In this document: piece by piece, positions 24,901 to 40,200 of the stretch
Numbering within the stretch: the stretch's first letter is position 1
Layout of the letters: each line of letters opens with the position of its first letter
From: Octopus bimaculoides
Taxonomy: Eukaryota
Length of the DNA: 64,000 bases
Direction: 5' to 3'
NCBI RefSeq assembly: GCF_001194135.2
Contig: NC_068983.1
Span: 162,447,370-162,511,369, forward strand
Translations under genes and position numbers: made by a program
Notes under the pieces: generated by a model
What the model saw: only the letters and a program-made list of their open reading frames with translations
Database searches by the model: none
What the model was told of the DNA's origin: nothing

Positions 24901-27900
24901 TTTGTTGTGATTGAGAAATGTTTTTTGAAAGTGTTTAAACTTTGTATTTTCTGTGATTTTGTCTCTAACTTATGCTATTCTCTGTAATTCTTGACCATGT
25001 CTTCATAAAACTCACTTCCACTCACCTGACCTGTTGAAATTACATGTTTTTTTTTTTGTTTCTTTTCTTTTTTGTTTTGTATTTCGATTTATAAATTATG
25101 TTAATGATTCTGATTGTGCCTTTAACTTAATCTATTGTTGAGGTTGTTCATAGCGAAACCCTTGAACACATGAATGTTGTGACAAGGATAGTAATTTTAT
25201 TGTAGATTATCATAGTTTAAATTTCAGCATCATTTACAACGAATATTTACAAAATTTAATCAATTGTACAAATTCATTATACTAAATATCCTGAAATATA
25301 TTGATAATTTTGGTTTTAAGTGATCTCAATAAAAAGGGGAGACTAATTTTGTAAATATCCCTATATTATTACCAATCTTTGAGAAAATTGCCATTGTAGT
25401 CTCTAAAATAATCCCACTCTAATTTTCACCAAAATTCCTTAGTGTCTTTGAAATGGAAACTTTTGACATGGTAATTTGCAGTACTAAAATATAAATCAGA
25501 TATTCGTGTAATTATTATTCCTTTAATCCAAAATTCAAAATTATTTATTTGCAATACTAAAACTTCTATTTAAGTCTTATAAACTTGTCATTACAAATTT
25601 AAAATAAACCCTATAAAATTGACAACTTTTAAATCTAAAATTTTTGATAATTTGTCCTTTATTTGATAAACTCTTCAACGTCAATGATTAATGTAGCCTA
25701 AATTTCATCTTGAATGAAAAACACCAAAAATTACTTTATTTTCTGCAACAAAAAAATCCACCTAATCTTGTATTGCAAAATACCTGTTTCCACCTGTGTA
25801 AAGTTACAAATCTCAAGAATTAAATAGTTTCTTCTGAATATATTTCAAAGAATTAAAACTTTAACACTAATTCAATATTATGTATAAACACTTTAAATCT
25901 CAGTACTTATACATAATGTTGACCTTCATCCTATGTTGCTTTGTGGATATGCTTGAGTGTGTATGTGTGTGTGTGCAGTTGCATATGTGTATGTGTGTGT
26001 ATACATGTGAGTGTGCATGTGTGTTTGTCCAATTTAATTTTTTTTTTCTCCCTATTTCTAAATATTATTAAATTTCCATTTGTCTGCTTCCAAGTGCGTT
26101 CATCTGTTTCAGATGATCTGATCTCACTACTAGACGCAGGTGCAGATCATCCAAGCGTGGTCATTGATGCTGATGTCATGTTCAATGAAGACATGTTTGG
26201 CTACTCATCCTTGCGCAGCAGAGGGTCAGGTGCTCGATCCAGGCTTGGTGAGTTTGGTTTGCACTTTTTCCTTAGTTTCTCAAATCTTAAGAAACTATTG
26301 ACAGCTTTCTGCAGAATTAATATTTCTAAAGAATACCTTCCTTGTATTCTTCTTTTGGCTTCTTTATTTTTTTAAAGGAGTCTTTTTCTATTCAATAACT
26401 CTGTTAATCCTGGCCAGTTAAAGTTTTTAATCACAGTTGTCAACATATTTATTAGACATAATAAATTTATTATATAAAAACTAAAGCCCTAATCCACTTC
26501 TTTCAAAATATTAGACTATTTTATATTTGCACTTAAAAGTTTACATTTTTATCTTAATATTATTTTCCTTTAAACAAACTTGGATATAAAACAGAAATAC
26601 AGCAAATATTCTTCCTGAGCAAAATTGAGGTCCTAATCTTAAACTTTCATAATTTGGGGCATTTTAAACAGTTATTTAATAACTTACAGTATATAATTCA
26701 TCTTTTATTCCATAAGATAAAACATTAAACAGAAATTAAGTTGTTCTAGAAAACAAACTACAGACTATTTATAAAAAAAAAAAGATCAGCTCTATGTAAT
26801 TTAAAGATTTTTAGAAATTTTATGTAACTTTATGTAATGTATTAAATACTTACTTTTAGTATTTTTAATATTTGCTTGTTAATTATATTTTGTATGTGTT
26901 CCCAGTAAATCTGATTTATCAAAAATAGTCTGAATAAGACAATATATTTTTTTCCTTTCTTTATTCATTTTGTTATTAAATATTGCATTGTTGTTTTCTT
27001 TGCAGCTGGTGAAAGGGAACGTGATATTGATAGAGATCGAGATCGGGAGTCCATATTTCGTATTAGAGATCGACGGCGACTGATGGAGAGCTCTTTACGA
27101 GAAGAAAGCATGAAAGCTCTTGATAGTAAAAATGACTCCGTCATTGGTGAAAACAAAAAAGCTGTTACTAGTCCTCCTCCAAGTCCTTTAATTTTTGGAG
27201 AAGATTTGCAATTTTGGACTGAGAAGGTGAAGAATTTATTTCCTAATCTTATATCATCTACAAGTGACAAATTCAAAATTTCTGTTTTCCTTTGATATAT
27301 TTTACATTATTTATTGATTTGTTAAATCTAAGAAAATTTTCTTAATCACTGCCACTTTCTGTATTTTATTTCATTCTTTCATTCCACTTTTAAAATTTGG
27401 AGTGGTGAGTGGCGGAGGTTAACCATCTTATTATCACCTGGAGATAAAATATTCTACCCTTAATCACTTTTTCTATAACTACTACCACCACTACTGCTAT
27501 CATATGTATTTATTTCTAAGTGAAGGCTTAGCTGTTTGGTTGTTAAGTAGTTCTTTTCTGTTGGACAAGTGTCTTCTGGTATAGCCCTGGGCTGACCAAA
27601 CCCTTTTGGATAACTTTAGTGGTCAGAAACTGAATGAAGTCCATCATATGTGTATATACGCCTGTGTTTGTGTGTTAATGTCTTGTTTGCTTCTGCACAA
27701 AGTTTCAATGCATGGGCAGTGTTGCTGTTATTGTTAGTTCATCTGCCAACCAAATCATTTATTAACTTTGCACCTTTGAAGCTACATGGAATAAGATATC
27801 CTTACTTGGAAAATAGATAAGGTTTAATGACAGGAAGAGCCTCAGTAACATTTGTCTAACTCTTGCAAGCATGGAAAAACATGCAAAATGAGCAGTTTTC

Positions 27901-30900
27901 TGAGTTAACAAATCAAATCTAATAGCATCATTTGTTTTTCTTTGTGTTGAATCTGATTCACTGTTTTCTGTTTTTCTTTTTTAGTCCAACACCGACTTCC
28001 AGTTAACAAATCTCTCTCTCAGCTCTGTCATCTAATATCACTATGTTCACAGTAGAAACCCTTTTGTCATGTTTTGTAATAAGTGATTTAATGAATACTT
28101 TTTTAATAATTTGTATTTTATCTATTTTTCAGGATGGTAGTTTCCCCAAATTTTCTCACATAGCTGCAATGCATTCTGAACTTGTAGCTGTAAGCACAAA
28201 TGGTTGCCTCTATGGTTGGAAATGGTCAGATCCAGAGCCTTACCGTAGTTCAGAGGTGAGTTGTTTATTATTCTATACCATCACTGTTGTTGAGGTTGTT
28301 GTTGTTATCAGAGTTCAACTATTTGTAGTCAGTGGTGCTAAATTCTTTGTAATAAACATGTTGTTTTTATAGTTGAATAATTTAGGGTAAAAAGAAAATT
28401 TTGAATGTGAAGTTTAAAGATATTTCAGCGAGGCTTTTATTTACATTAAAATCTGTGTAAATATAATTTAGAATTGAAAAAATACAGTTTCTTTACTTGA
28501 AATCTTAAACCACTGAGAACTGTTGAATAGTTTGTAATTAACTTTTAAAGAAATAAAGAAGTTGGCATCACTTAAAAAGCACCTGTGCTGAGCCATGTAA
28601 AAAACGCTTGTGCCGGAACCATGTAAAAAGTACTCAGTACAGTCTGTAAAGTGGTTGGCATTAGGAAGGGCATTTAGCTATATAGGAACCAGGCCGAATC
28701 AGACTGGAACCTGGTTCAGCTCTGGTCAAACCATCCAACCCATTCCAGTATGGAAAATGGATGTTAAATAATCATCTAAATGTGACTGATGCCAGTACCC
28801 CCCCGACTGGCTCCCATGCTGGTGGCACATAAAAAGCACTATCCGAACGTGATCGATGCCAGTACTGCCTGACTGGCCCTCATGCTGGTGGCATGTAAAG
28901 AGCACCCACTACACTCTCGGAGTGGTTGGCATTAGGAAGGGCATCCAGCTGTAGAAGCCTTGCCAGATCAGATTGGAGCCTGGTGCAGCCGCTGGCTCTC
29001 CAGACCTCAGTCAAACCGTCCAACCCATGCCAGCATGGAAAACAGATGTTAAACGATGATGATGATAACGATGAATTGTGTGAATGTGACAATTTCTATT
29101 TTCTGCCTCTGTATTAATAATGCTCGTTTTTCATGTTTGCTTTCAGAACACTTCAAATCATCATCCAAAAGCTGCTGCTTTAGGACTAACAGGTGAAAAA
29201 ATAGTTGGTCTTTCAGCGTGTTCAGTGAGAGCTTCAGTATTCTTGGAGTCTGGTAAAGTGGCTACATGGGTTGATGACAGCCTTAACATTGTTGCTGCCA
29301 AACTAGAACATCCAGCTCAGACATTCCCTGAATTTCAGACAGACAAAATAGTTTCCCTGCATACTTGTTCTCTCTACACATGTGCTCGATTAGAAAGTGG
29401 TGCATTATATTGGTGGTAAGTGATTGATTTTTCTGCTTGTATTGAATGTTTAAATTGTACGACCTGATTTTATTGTTCCTGTTGTGTTGGGTCTCTAGGG
29501 CCTTAAAACTGACCTTGTACTTAATATTAATTTATTGCTGATGCAGAGCACCACAAGTAGCTTGGCTGATTTTTATACCACATTGGAGATATTCCATATG
29601 ACCAGTCATTCTTTATATGGATACCCAGCTCGTTACATCATAATTGAAGAAATATAAGCTACTTGATAACCCCACTTGTGCTGGTGCCACATGAAAAACA
29701 CCTAGTACACTCTGTAAGGTCATTGGCGTTAGGAAGGGCATCCAATCTTAGAGACCATGTGGGCCTGGTGCGGCCTTCCGGCTTGCCAGCGTTTGTCGGA
29801 CTGTCCAACCCATGCCAGCATAGTTAAAAGATGATCATGATGATATTTTGCCAGATATGATTCCCAGTTATTTGAAATGGAATTTCAACAACTCTTGTCA
29901 TTCAAAATTAGTTTTGTCCCATTTTCCAGTCAGAATGTTTTAGGAATTATGCTCATTCATTTCTTGAACAGGGGTGTCATGCCATTTGGTCAAAGGAAGA
30001 AATTGCTTGAGAAGAACAAATCAAAAAAGAAAAAAAATAAAGACAGCAGCGTTAACAATGAAGTTGTAGCTGGGTCTTTGGTGAGTTTCATTTGTGTATT
30101 GCTGCTTCTTTCCAATGTTTTGGTAATTCCATTATAATCACATAAATTTCTGAATTTTCTAAACCATTTTTATTTTACATTCCTTGTAAAGAATTTATTT
30201 CAGTATTTTCTTTTTTAGATGCTAAATTAATGATTTCTAACTTTGGCAATCTCAAATTTGGTGGAGGGGTGGGGTACAGTTTTAATTATTTTGCCTCAGA
30301 ACTTAACTGGTGCTTTATCAGTTGTGGAAATAGGAAAGACAAAGTTTTGATTTCAACTGGATTTGAATTCAGATTGTAAAGAATATCAATCATGAAGCAT
30401 TTTGTCTGATGGTGCTACTGGTTCTGTCAAATTAATTAATGTCTAAAGTCAATATTCCTCTAGTTTTTGAGTTCTTTACCATATTACCATATTCTTATTG
30501 AATACAAATAAAATATTTTAAGGGAATATAATAATCTAGAGAGTTTTAAAGATAAATATGAAAAGGCCTCATTTCTTAAATTAATTTAGCCTTCAACTTT
30601 CATTTCTATTTCTCATTAATCCTCATTACTTTGTAAGGAGCACAGGGCCAGTTTCTTGGTTTCTCGGTGCATGTATCTTCCTCCCGGGACCAAATGCTGG
30701 TCCATCACAGGATTACTTATTGATTGTGATTACCAGCTGAGTGGAATGGAGTGATGTGAAATGAAGTGTCTTGCTCAAGAACACAATGCATAGCCTGGCC
30801 CAGGAATTGAAACCACAATCTTATCATGAGTCCTGTAACCACCTGTCAAAGTACTGAGCAGTGGAACTGAACCTAAAGCCACTTGTATGTGAAGCAAGCT

Positions 30901-33900
30901 TCTTAACCACTCATGCATTTTTTGAGAGATATAATTAGCTTGTCTGGCTAACGAGACTTGTCAGACATATTTCTTGATATATCTTTGCAGACTACTTATG
31001 TCTAAAATATACACTTTCTTATTAAATTATTGAACGTGAATTTCAAAATAAAATTTGTGTGGTAAAGATTATTTGCCAACATAACACGGCAGTCGGGGTT
31101 TAGGATGAATGTTGCTGTAATTTAGCCCCAGGAGACATCGTCTCCAGCTGGCTATACGACATGATCTGTGTACTTATATTTTCGAACAAGGACACTCTCT
31201 GAGTGGTCTACACTCTCAGTGGTTGGCGTTAGGAAGGGCATCCAGCTGTAGAAATTCTGCCAAATCAGATTGGAGCCTGGTGTTGCCATCCGGTTTCACC
31301 AGTCCTCAGTCAAATCGTCCAACCCATGCTAGCATGGAAAGCGGACGTTAAACGATGATGATGATGACACAGATCGTGTCGTATAGCCAGCTGGAGACAA
31401 TATCTCCTGGGGCTAAATTACAGCAACATTCGTCCTAAATCAGGACTGCCATGTTATGTTGGCAAATAATCTTGACTCCAAAGTACTGTTACTGAATATC
31501 TCTCGTTGTGAGATTTACAAATAGTCATTTTCTAATTAGAATTTGTGTGTTTTAAATTACTCTTAAAATTTTAAATTAATTTTCAAATTTACCTGTAATT
31601 AAAATGAAAAATTTCTATTTCAGGTTTGTTTGCGTAGCAGTCCTATGTATCACTCAGGGGCATTGGGATTTACCACTGTTGATGGTGTTCCAAAAGTTGG
31701 TCAGCTGATGGAATCAGCATGGTCGTTGAATGATACCTGTCGTTTCAAGATAATCCGGGTGTCAGTTAGTGATGTGAAGGTGGAGACAAAAGTCGAAAAC
31801 AAAAGCTCTGACTGTAAACCAGATATGCCTCCCCCTCCATCACCAGCTTCATCTACATGTAGTGATCACAGTGGAACATCCATTGTTAGTCCAGTATCTC
31901 TCAGTAAGTAACAAGTTTGCGCATTTTCATTCTTTAATTTCTCTCTCATTTTCAGTTGATTTAAATTTATTTTTATAAAGTTGTTTTCCTTCTTAGAAAG
32001 GAAGAGAATATTCCATCATTATTCTAATAATATTTAACTAATCAAACTACAGAGCGTAAGAAAACTCCTACACCACTCAAGGAGATGGAGAAAAAAGATG
32101 AAGAAAACTGGCCTTTGAAGACTGTAATATTTGTTGAAGATATTAAAACAGTTCCTATCGGAAAAGTGCTCAAAGTGAGTCAAATATTTCAATTCTTTTG
32201 CTTAATTTCTAATTATGGTCAAAGTTTTTAAGAGTTTTAGTTACACGAATAATCAATACTAATTTTATTTTTCCACTTAAATTACATTTAAATTCTATTT
32301 TAATAACATTTTTGTATGTAATCTTGTCTTTCTGGTTAAAATATTCTGAGGGTTATTAGATGGGTTAGATTTATTCTTGGTTGCATTGATAATGCTATTG
32401 GCTATTTCGTTTTTGCATAATATTCCTGTAATTTGAACCGTCAACCCTTTGTAAGTGATTGTTTAGATATTCTGCTCAATGTAGGGTAGTAGGCTTTGCT
32501 GGTCACTGCTGTTATGCTGAACAACCAGCCATATTAAGTGTTATATTTTGGAGACCTCCACACCCAGATGGAGGAAGGAAGCAACTCGACTATATTCATG
32601 TTATAGTCAGAGACACCACATGAAACTGAAAACCTACCAAAATTAATGGGAGACAGGAATTCTTGGCGCAGGGTTGTAAAATCATGTTGGTAGCAGCCAC
32701 TTGAAGAACTCTGGCAAAATTTTGAAAGAAACCTACCAACATTATTCTAACCTAGGCATTAATAATAGTAAATAATTATATTTTTCTGTTTGTAAGTCTT
32801 TGGTTACTTTTGTTTAGAGTTTTCAGTTTTTCTCAATTATGGATTTTACATTGACCATTTCATTCCTTGCATAATTTTTGTCAGTCATATTATCACAGGT
32901 ATCTAAATAAAACTGAGCAACAGACTCTCTCTCTAATTCTGCTCAGAATCTAGTTTGTAGTACAAATGTATGTTTAAATGTCTCTGGGTTTCATGAGGCA
33001 AATGGTTGAATTCTTTGGTAAAACACAGCTGTAAAATGGTAATGTTAAAAAATATTGAGGGGGGGGGAAGTATTATGGTTGTTATTTGACTAATTACTAG
33101 ACGTCTGGAATATTTTTAACACGTTGCCTGCCACAGGATATCGATATGATCTGCTTCTATTTGCCAAAAGGGTTTTTATTAATTTTCTCAAATCAGAAAG
33201 CTGAAATATTTTGTGTGGTGGTATATAGGTACATAATACATGTAATTACACTACAATGACGTGATACAAGTTACCTCATTGTAATGCAAAATACTCAGAT
33301 TGGTTTGCTATGAAGGCTTTGAGGGTATGTTATTCATTATTTGACTATGTCTCTTCATTGTATAATGTTTTGTTTATGAACTCACGGAAAATGAACTATT
33401 GGAAGATGATATCTTCGAGTCAGAGAGTGAATACTCTGATGCTTTGGATAAAAATTATGTAGCAAATACCAGTGATGCCAGTTCTACTGATGAAGATGAA
33501 CAATTAGTTGCTCGAGGTCGTAAGAGACAACACAGTTCTCCTGCACCAACTGCGTCGACATCTAATGCTTATACCTGATATATATATATATATAGATATA
33601 TAGATATATAGATATATAGATATATATAGATATAGATATAGATGTTTTACCAAATATATTTCTTGGCAGGTGCCATGATATGAGTTAACTCATATCATTG
33701 GGCAAATAAAGGATGTCTTTAGTGTTTCCACAACACACTCACAATGTTAGTTCCAGGCGCCAGTTCATTTTAAGTGCATTACAATAAAATAGACCTCTAC
33801 GAGTATGCTCGTAGCTGGCAAAATTGTATAGATTGCCAACTACGGGATAACTCGTAGTTGGCAGTCAATGTGTTAAAGAGCTACTTTTTCAGATTTACAC

Positions 33901-35261
33901 AACTCTCAAATTAGTGAATTCAGTGTGCAGAGAAATGGAAATTTCAAATTTAGGTATTGGAAGTGTGTTCCTGATGATTTGAAAGCCAATCAATTAGTCA
34001 CTGAAATAGCTGCTGAATACCCTCAAATATCACAGTGCTCTCTTTCCAAAAAAAAAAAAAAAGACATTTGCTATAATGCAGTCTTTCACCCCTTGAAAAC
34101 GAAGCGGGTGGTCACAGGCAGGATATCATGGATAGCATTCCTGCTGCATCAGAATTCATCTAAGGCTCAGCATTTGATTAGACACAAACTGACAGATCAT
34201 TTGTGTCCAAAGTACATTAACATAGCTTTAGGGGAAAAAAAGAAAAAAGAAAACTCATAGAGAACTGGGATAAGACCTGAACAGGATGGAATCTCTTCTT
34301 AGATTACAGGGCTTGCTCACAGCAGATGTTATTATAATTAATTAGGGGGAGTATCTTGATTTGATTAATTACTCTTAGTGCATTTAAAATAGAAATATTG
34401 TGTGAGGATAACATAAAAAGCAGACAAGTTCAGATTAGTGCTAGAAAGTAGGGATTAGAGATGCAGACAAATACCTCAGTCAACATTTCATGTGAAAAAC
34501 CTGGCTAACAGAATGTCAAGCGAGAGAATTTGTAGAGGTTAAATCCACAGGACATCCCATACAAACCTTTAATTCTAAAGAGATTCAGCAATATTGATTG
34601 GTGCATCTATCATAGTGTGTAATAGCAATTAGACTTTTAAAAAAATGTTTGTTACATAACTCTTTATTCAAGGTTGTGATCATTTCAAATGGCTAGAGGA
34701 ACTATTTCATAATACACATTTGTTTGTACATATAAATTCATGTAAATCCATGCAATACCTAATTAAAGTTTATTCCCCACCATTCCCATCAAACTTTAAA
34801 GTTATTTTGGTAGTTTTTAGAGTTTCAGACAAACATATGCTGTGGTAGAGCTGGAGTTTCCATAGTGTCGGTTACAACCGTGAAGTGTTCCCTCAACAAG
34901 ATAATTCAGCAGATGGAGATTAACTGACATATCAGATTATCTTTAATTATAAACTTGCCAATACCACAGCCCCAGTTATCATCATCATCATGTCTTTTTA
35001 TTGTTTGATTGTTATATATGTATACTGAATAGCTAAGATGTTTAGTATTAAATGATGCCACGCATTGAAATCACTAACTTAATATTACAGTGACTAAACT
35101 CGTATATCTGTTCTTGAATTAGAAATTATAATAGTCAGGTTACAATGCTTTTATGGCTCAAAATGAGTTATTTTGAAAGTGAAAATCATCTTGAAATAGT
35201 GCTTATAATGTTTAATGTTAGTATTATATTTTCTTTTATGTATAATGTTTAATATTGTTTT

Positions 35262-35299
<38 letters not shown>

Positions 35300-35309
35300 N
35301 NNNNNNNNN

Positions 35310-35346
<37 letters not shown>

Positions 35347-37210
35347 CCAAATATATTTAGTATGAAATATTCTTGTCAATATTGTACAAATGCTTGCTTT
35401 ATAAATACATAATGTTTGGCCTGGTTTGCTTTCCGTCCTCAGCTTTTGTATTTTTTCCTGCCTTGTATCATGAAAAGTGCGTCTAAGTTTCAGTGACATT
35501 CATTGTGGCTTAGTTGTAGGAGCTGCTTTAAACAATTTGATAGAAAATTCACAAAAGCGCTTAGTTTGTGCATCAATCTTGTAAAAATAGACACTATATT
35601 GTACCATCATTGTTTTATATCTGTTTATCCATGCTGGCATGGGTTGGATGGAGTTTACATTAGCACACAGCACTTCACCACTTGTTGCAGTCCCTTGTCA
35701 CCTTAAACACACAGTAAGACAAAGCACCAAGTTCTGTTATGGTCTATGGCATATTTAAAAATTTTTTTGGCATGTTTTTTCTTTTATGTCCTTCAACCAC
35801 TTTACAGCATAGACTGGGCATATGTTATCGTGCCACTAGGCAGGTTCTTTAATAGTAATCTTAAAACATATACCTTTATTATTGTATTAGGAATAGTGGC
35901 ATTGGAATTTGTTTCGGATTCTTGCAGAACAGTTTTAGATTATTCGAAGGAACTTTCTAAAAGATACATTTCTATGTCATCAGTTTAAACTTCAGACTCC
36001 CTTCTAACCAGTTTACTTTTGTCTAATATGTATTATTTTATTTTAGTTATTTATGTTTTGCCGTTTAGTTAGAATTAAATAAGACATTAATATAATATTT
36101 TCCTTTTCGCATAGTTATTTAAAATTGAATTCTAAGAGGTTTTAACCTTGTTTCAGTTGTTTTTGTCGTAGATCTGAAGAAAAATGTGTCATTGGTTGTT
36201 TCAGGGATTCTGTTGTTTTGCTTCTTTAAACAGTATGTCTGATATAATTCTATATTTCTGAGACTAGGAATTTCTCTTATGTGTACTGTTTATATTAGTC
36301 AGTGTGGTATCCTCGTCTTCAGTGTTGAACTCGGTCGATTGAAACTCCGATACAGCAACCGAGTTCAACATAACACCTGAAGAAAGCCGGAGCATACAAC
36401 AGCCAAAATATAGTGAAAGCTTCAATGAAAGATGAAGACATTATACTGACTAATACAAACAGTATATATATATAGTATGTCTGATATTTTTCCAGTGTTC
36501 TCTTTTCCTAGTTGAGTCTGTGGGGTAGTTTTGTTTCTTTGAAGGATTTCTCAGTGTCTTCTCATTTAAATTCCCTCAGCTTCAATAAAAACATTTTTCC
36601 CTCCTTTCTTTTTTTACTCCAAGTAAAAACATGGAAGGCAGTGTCTGTTCAGTCAGTTTATGGAAAGTCTTAGTGTTGATAGCTTCTCCATTTTTTTTTT
36701 TTCCCCCCTTTAGGTTGATGGTGCCTATGCTGCTATAAAATTCCAGCCCAAAGAAACTGATCAGATGGGATCAGCGTCCAAAGAAGATCCTTCAGCTGTG
36801 CTGCAAGATTGTCGGCTGTTGCGAAAAGATGAATTGCAGGTAGGACAAAATAATCCTTGATTGGATCACTACATTCCACATTGGTTGGAGATTTTAGTTG
36901 GATTTGACTGGCTTGATAGAGTGAAATAACAAAACCTAACCTATATTTGCCTCACTTTTTCAATCCCTTTCACTCCCTGCTCACTTTTCTATTAGTTACA
37001 AATATTAATGTTGATTAGTAAATAACTTTTGATGTCTTTGGAAACAAACAAGCCAAAAAAAGTGGGGGTAGGGGTTTCAAATCTAAGCTTAGTTATTTCA
37101 AATAATTTTGTTAATCTTCTGCTTGGAATTTGAAATAATGTTTTTGGGTTTATGCCGAAATAGTTGACAATGCTAATTACAACTATTTAAAAACACATTT
37201 CCAAAATTAA

Positions 37211-37245
<35 letters not shown>

Positions 37246-40200
37246 AATATATCTAAAATAGGTTTGCAATTTTCCGCTTGATTTTAGTCTTGCATTTAAT
37301 TCAAAATTCTCAGAGCTTGCTATTGTTAGTTTTGTGGATCGTTTTGTCATATCTGTTCTCTATTCAGATCATCATCATCATCATCAGATATCTCTTATAT
37401 CTGCTTTCTGAGGCAGGGTGGGTGTCTCTGCATGTATTTCAGTAATTTATCATCTCAAACAAATGACATACTCGACATTCGTCAGGTGTTTATCGGATAC
37501 ACAACTTGGAACAATTATAGGCATAACAATTTTTTAGAATTGGCACTGTTAATATCATATCTGACTAGATGACTTAGCAAAGGCAGTATGAAATTCAGCC
37601 AGTATAAACAGATGACCAGTTCTTGAATATTTACATATGTAGACTAGATTACCAGAAGAATACGTTCATACTAAATCATGAAAAGTATTTGGTGAGGCCT
37701 AAAATTTTTTTTTTCTTTTTTAAATTTTTACTTTCCAGGTGGAAGCTCTGATGATTTTAGTGACTAATTTATTACACACCATAACTAACTAAAAGTTTTG
37801 AAAATTTTTAAGAAGTTGTTAGTAAATATTTGGTTTCAAATTTTGGCACGCGGCCAAGAATTTTATGGGGAGGGAGGGTAAGTCAATTACATTTTACCCC
37901 AGTGTCCCACTGGTACCTATTTTCATCATCGTTTAACATCTGCTCTCCATGCTGGCATGGGTTGGACGGTTTGACTGAGGACTGGCAAGCCAGGAGTTCG
38001 CACCAGGCTCCAGTCTGATCTGGCGGAGTTTCTACAGCTGGATGCCCTTCCTAATGCTAACCACTTTGATAGTATAGTGGGTGCCTTTTTCATGCCACTG
38101 GCATGGGAGCCAGTCAGGTAGCACTGGCATTGACCACGTTTAAATGGTTTGTTTTACGTGCCACTGGCATGGGAGCCAGTCAGGCAGTACTGGCATCGGC
38201 CTCGCTTCAAAAAGATGAAGGGCAAAGTCGACCTCAGCAGCGTTTGATCTCAGAATGTAAAGATGACTGAAATACCACTAAGCATTTGGCTGGCTAAACG
38301 ATCCTGCCAGCTCACCGCCTTATTGTTAGTAAGTAAATATTATATAGAAGAACGTGTATAAAGGAAACAAAACGTGTATATGTGAAGGGGGGGATTTTCA
38401 AATTTACAGTTTTTTTTATGTTAATATAATGCATGCAACTAACCAAATTATATCACATTAGAAGAAACAATATTGTTTTCTTGCACTCGTTCCCCCTTGG
38501 ATATTTTGTTATGCTTTTGCTGTTTCTATTCCATTTTTCTTTGCATGGTTTTATTTTTTTGTCATAATTTTAGTTTAAAGATATTAAATTTAAAAACTTA
38601 ATGTTTTCGTCTTGTAAGATAAACACTTTTAAAGAATGAATTATTTATTTAAAATTGTTATTCTGGTAACCAAACTGAGTTATGAAATTGGAGGCACAAT
38701 GGCCCAGTGGTTAGGGTAGCGAACTCATGGTTGTAGGATCGTGGTTTCAATTCCCAGACTGGACGTTGTGAGTGTTCGAGTGAAAACGTCCAAAGCTGCA
38801 TGAGGCTCTAGCAGGGGGTGGGGTGGTGGTGAACCCTGCTGTACTCTTTCACCACAACTTTCTCTCTTTCTTTCTTCCTGTTTCTGTTGTACCTGTATTT
38901 CAAAGGGGCCAGCCTTGTCACACTCTGTGTCATGCTGAATCTCCCCCAAGAACTACGTTAAGGATACATGTGTCTGTGGAGTACTCAGCCACTTGCATGT
39001 TAATTTCCTGAGCAGGTTGTTCTGTTGATCAGATCAACTGGAACCCTCGCCGTAACTGACGGAGTGTCACGATTATGAAATTAAGAAACTAAAATACTTG
39101 TAAAACCTAAACTGTTTGTAAGTAGAGTATTTAAGATTATCAAGAGGACTTACTCCTGGTTTGTACATTTGCAGTTTTTCTGTCTGGAATATCTTTTATT
39201 GTTAAAGAAATTAAATGATAGAAATTATTTTATACATTTCTACAGTGATTGTTTATCAAATTGATATTTCTCATTTTAGTGAAATTTACTTAATGAGATC
39301 AATTATGCAAGTCGTATCTGTTATTTTTCAGTTTTTTCCTGAACAGCCTTCTCTCTCTCTCTCTTAAAAACAAATGATTGCATTCTTATTCTCATAGGTA
39401 CTCAGAGGATCAAGTGCTCCTCGGATACCAGACTGCTTTCAGAAGATTCCTAAGAAAGTGACCATTGTTGAAAATGGACAGATTTTAGCTGTTGCTGTGG
39501 ATTGTGAAGGTACAAGTTTCAAGTTTTCTCTTATTTTTTCTTTCCAACTATTTTACTACACATAAGCACAGGCAATGGCTGTGTAATAAGAAATTTGCTT
39601 CCCAACCTTACGGTTCCAGGTTTGGTTCCACTGTGTGATACCTTGTGCCAACCGAAGCCTTCTAAGTGGATTTGGTAAACGGAAACTGAAAGAAGCCTGC
39701 CATTTATTTATATTTATTTATATATATATTTCTGTAAAACTAAAAAAAAAAAAAAAAGTCAGCATCTAAATACATTGTATAAGGAAGGATATAACCACAA
39801 GATGTCTCTGGATTGTGTTTTAATTCTTTTCTTTTTTTTTTTACTGGTATAAATTATCTCATCGTCAGTGATAATTTTAGTTATTACAAGATATCTTGTG
39901 ATCAGAGCTTCAGTGATTAACAGCCATTTGGTCGTCTTTATTTTTATCATTTACCACATAAGGTCGTTCGACAGCCAATTGCTTATGATGTTTATTTCTA
40001 TTTTCAGGCATTCATGTGATTGCTCGATGTGGAGCCCGTCTCAGTTATATGGTTTACAATCTTAGTTCTGGTAAAGTAGAACAAAACAGCCCTTTTCCAA
40101 CCGACACCCAGTCTTTCCTTGGCAATTTCGACCGACCAATTACTCTGCATAACAGTGGTGAGGTAAATATATAAACAATGTCAATGTTTTAAGGGATTAC

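Noticed and set aside
24950-25030. Possible C/D snoRNA (gtgattt...ctga)
   Set aside because: Poor C box, no terminal stem and no recognisable rRNA guide.
26965-27276. Antisense ORF over exon 9 (also 53278-53460 and 46528-46731)
   Set aside because: These are shadow frames of UBR5 exons with no independent support.
37425-37495. Minus-strand acacCTGACGA motif
   Set aside because: No stem II hairpin or correctly spaced GAAAC.
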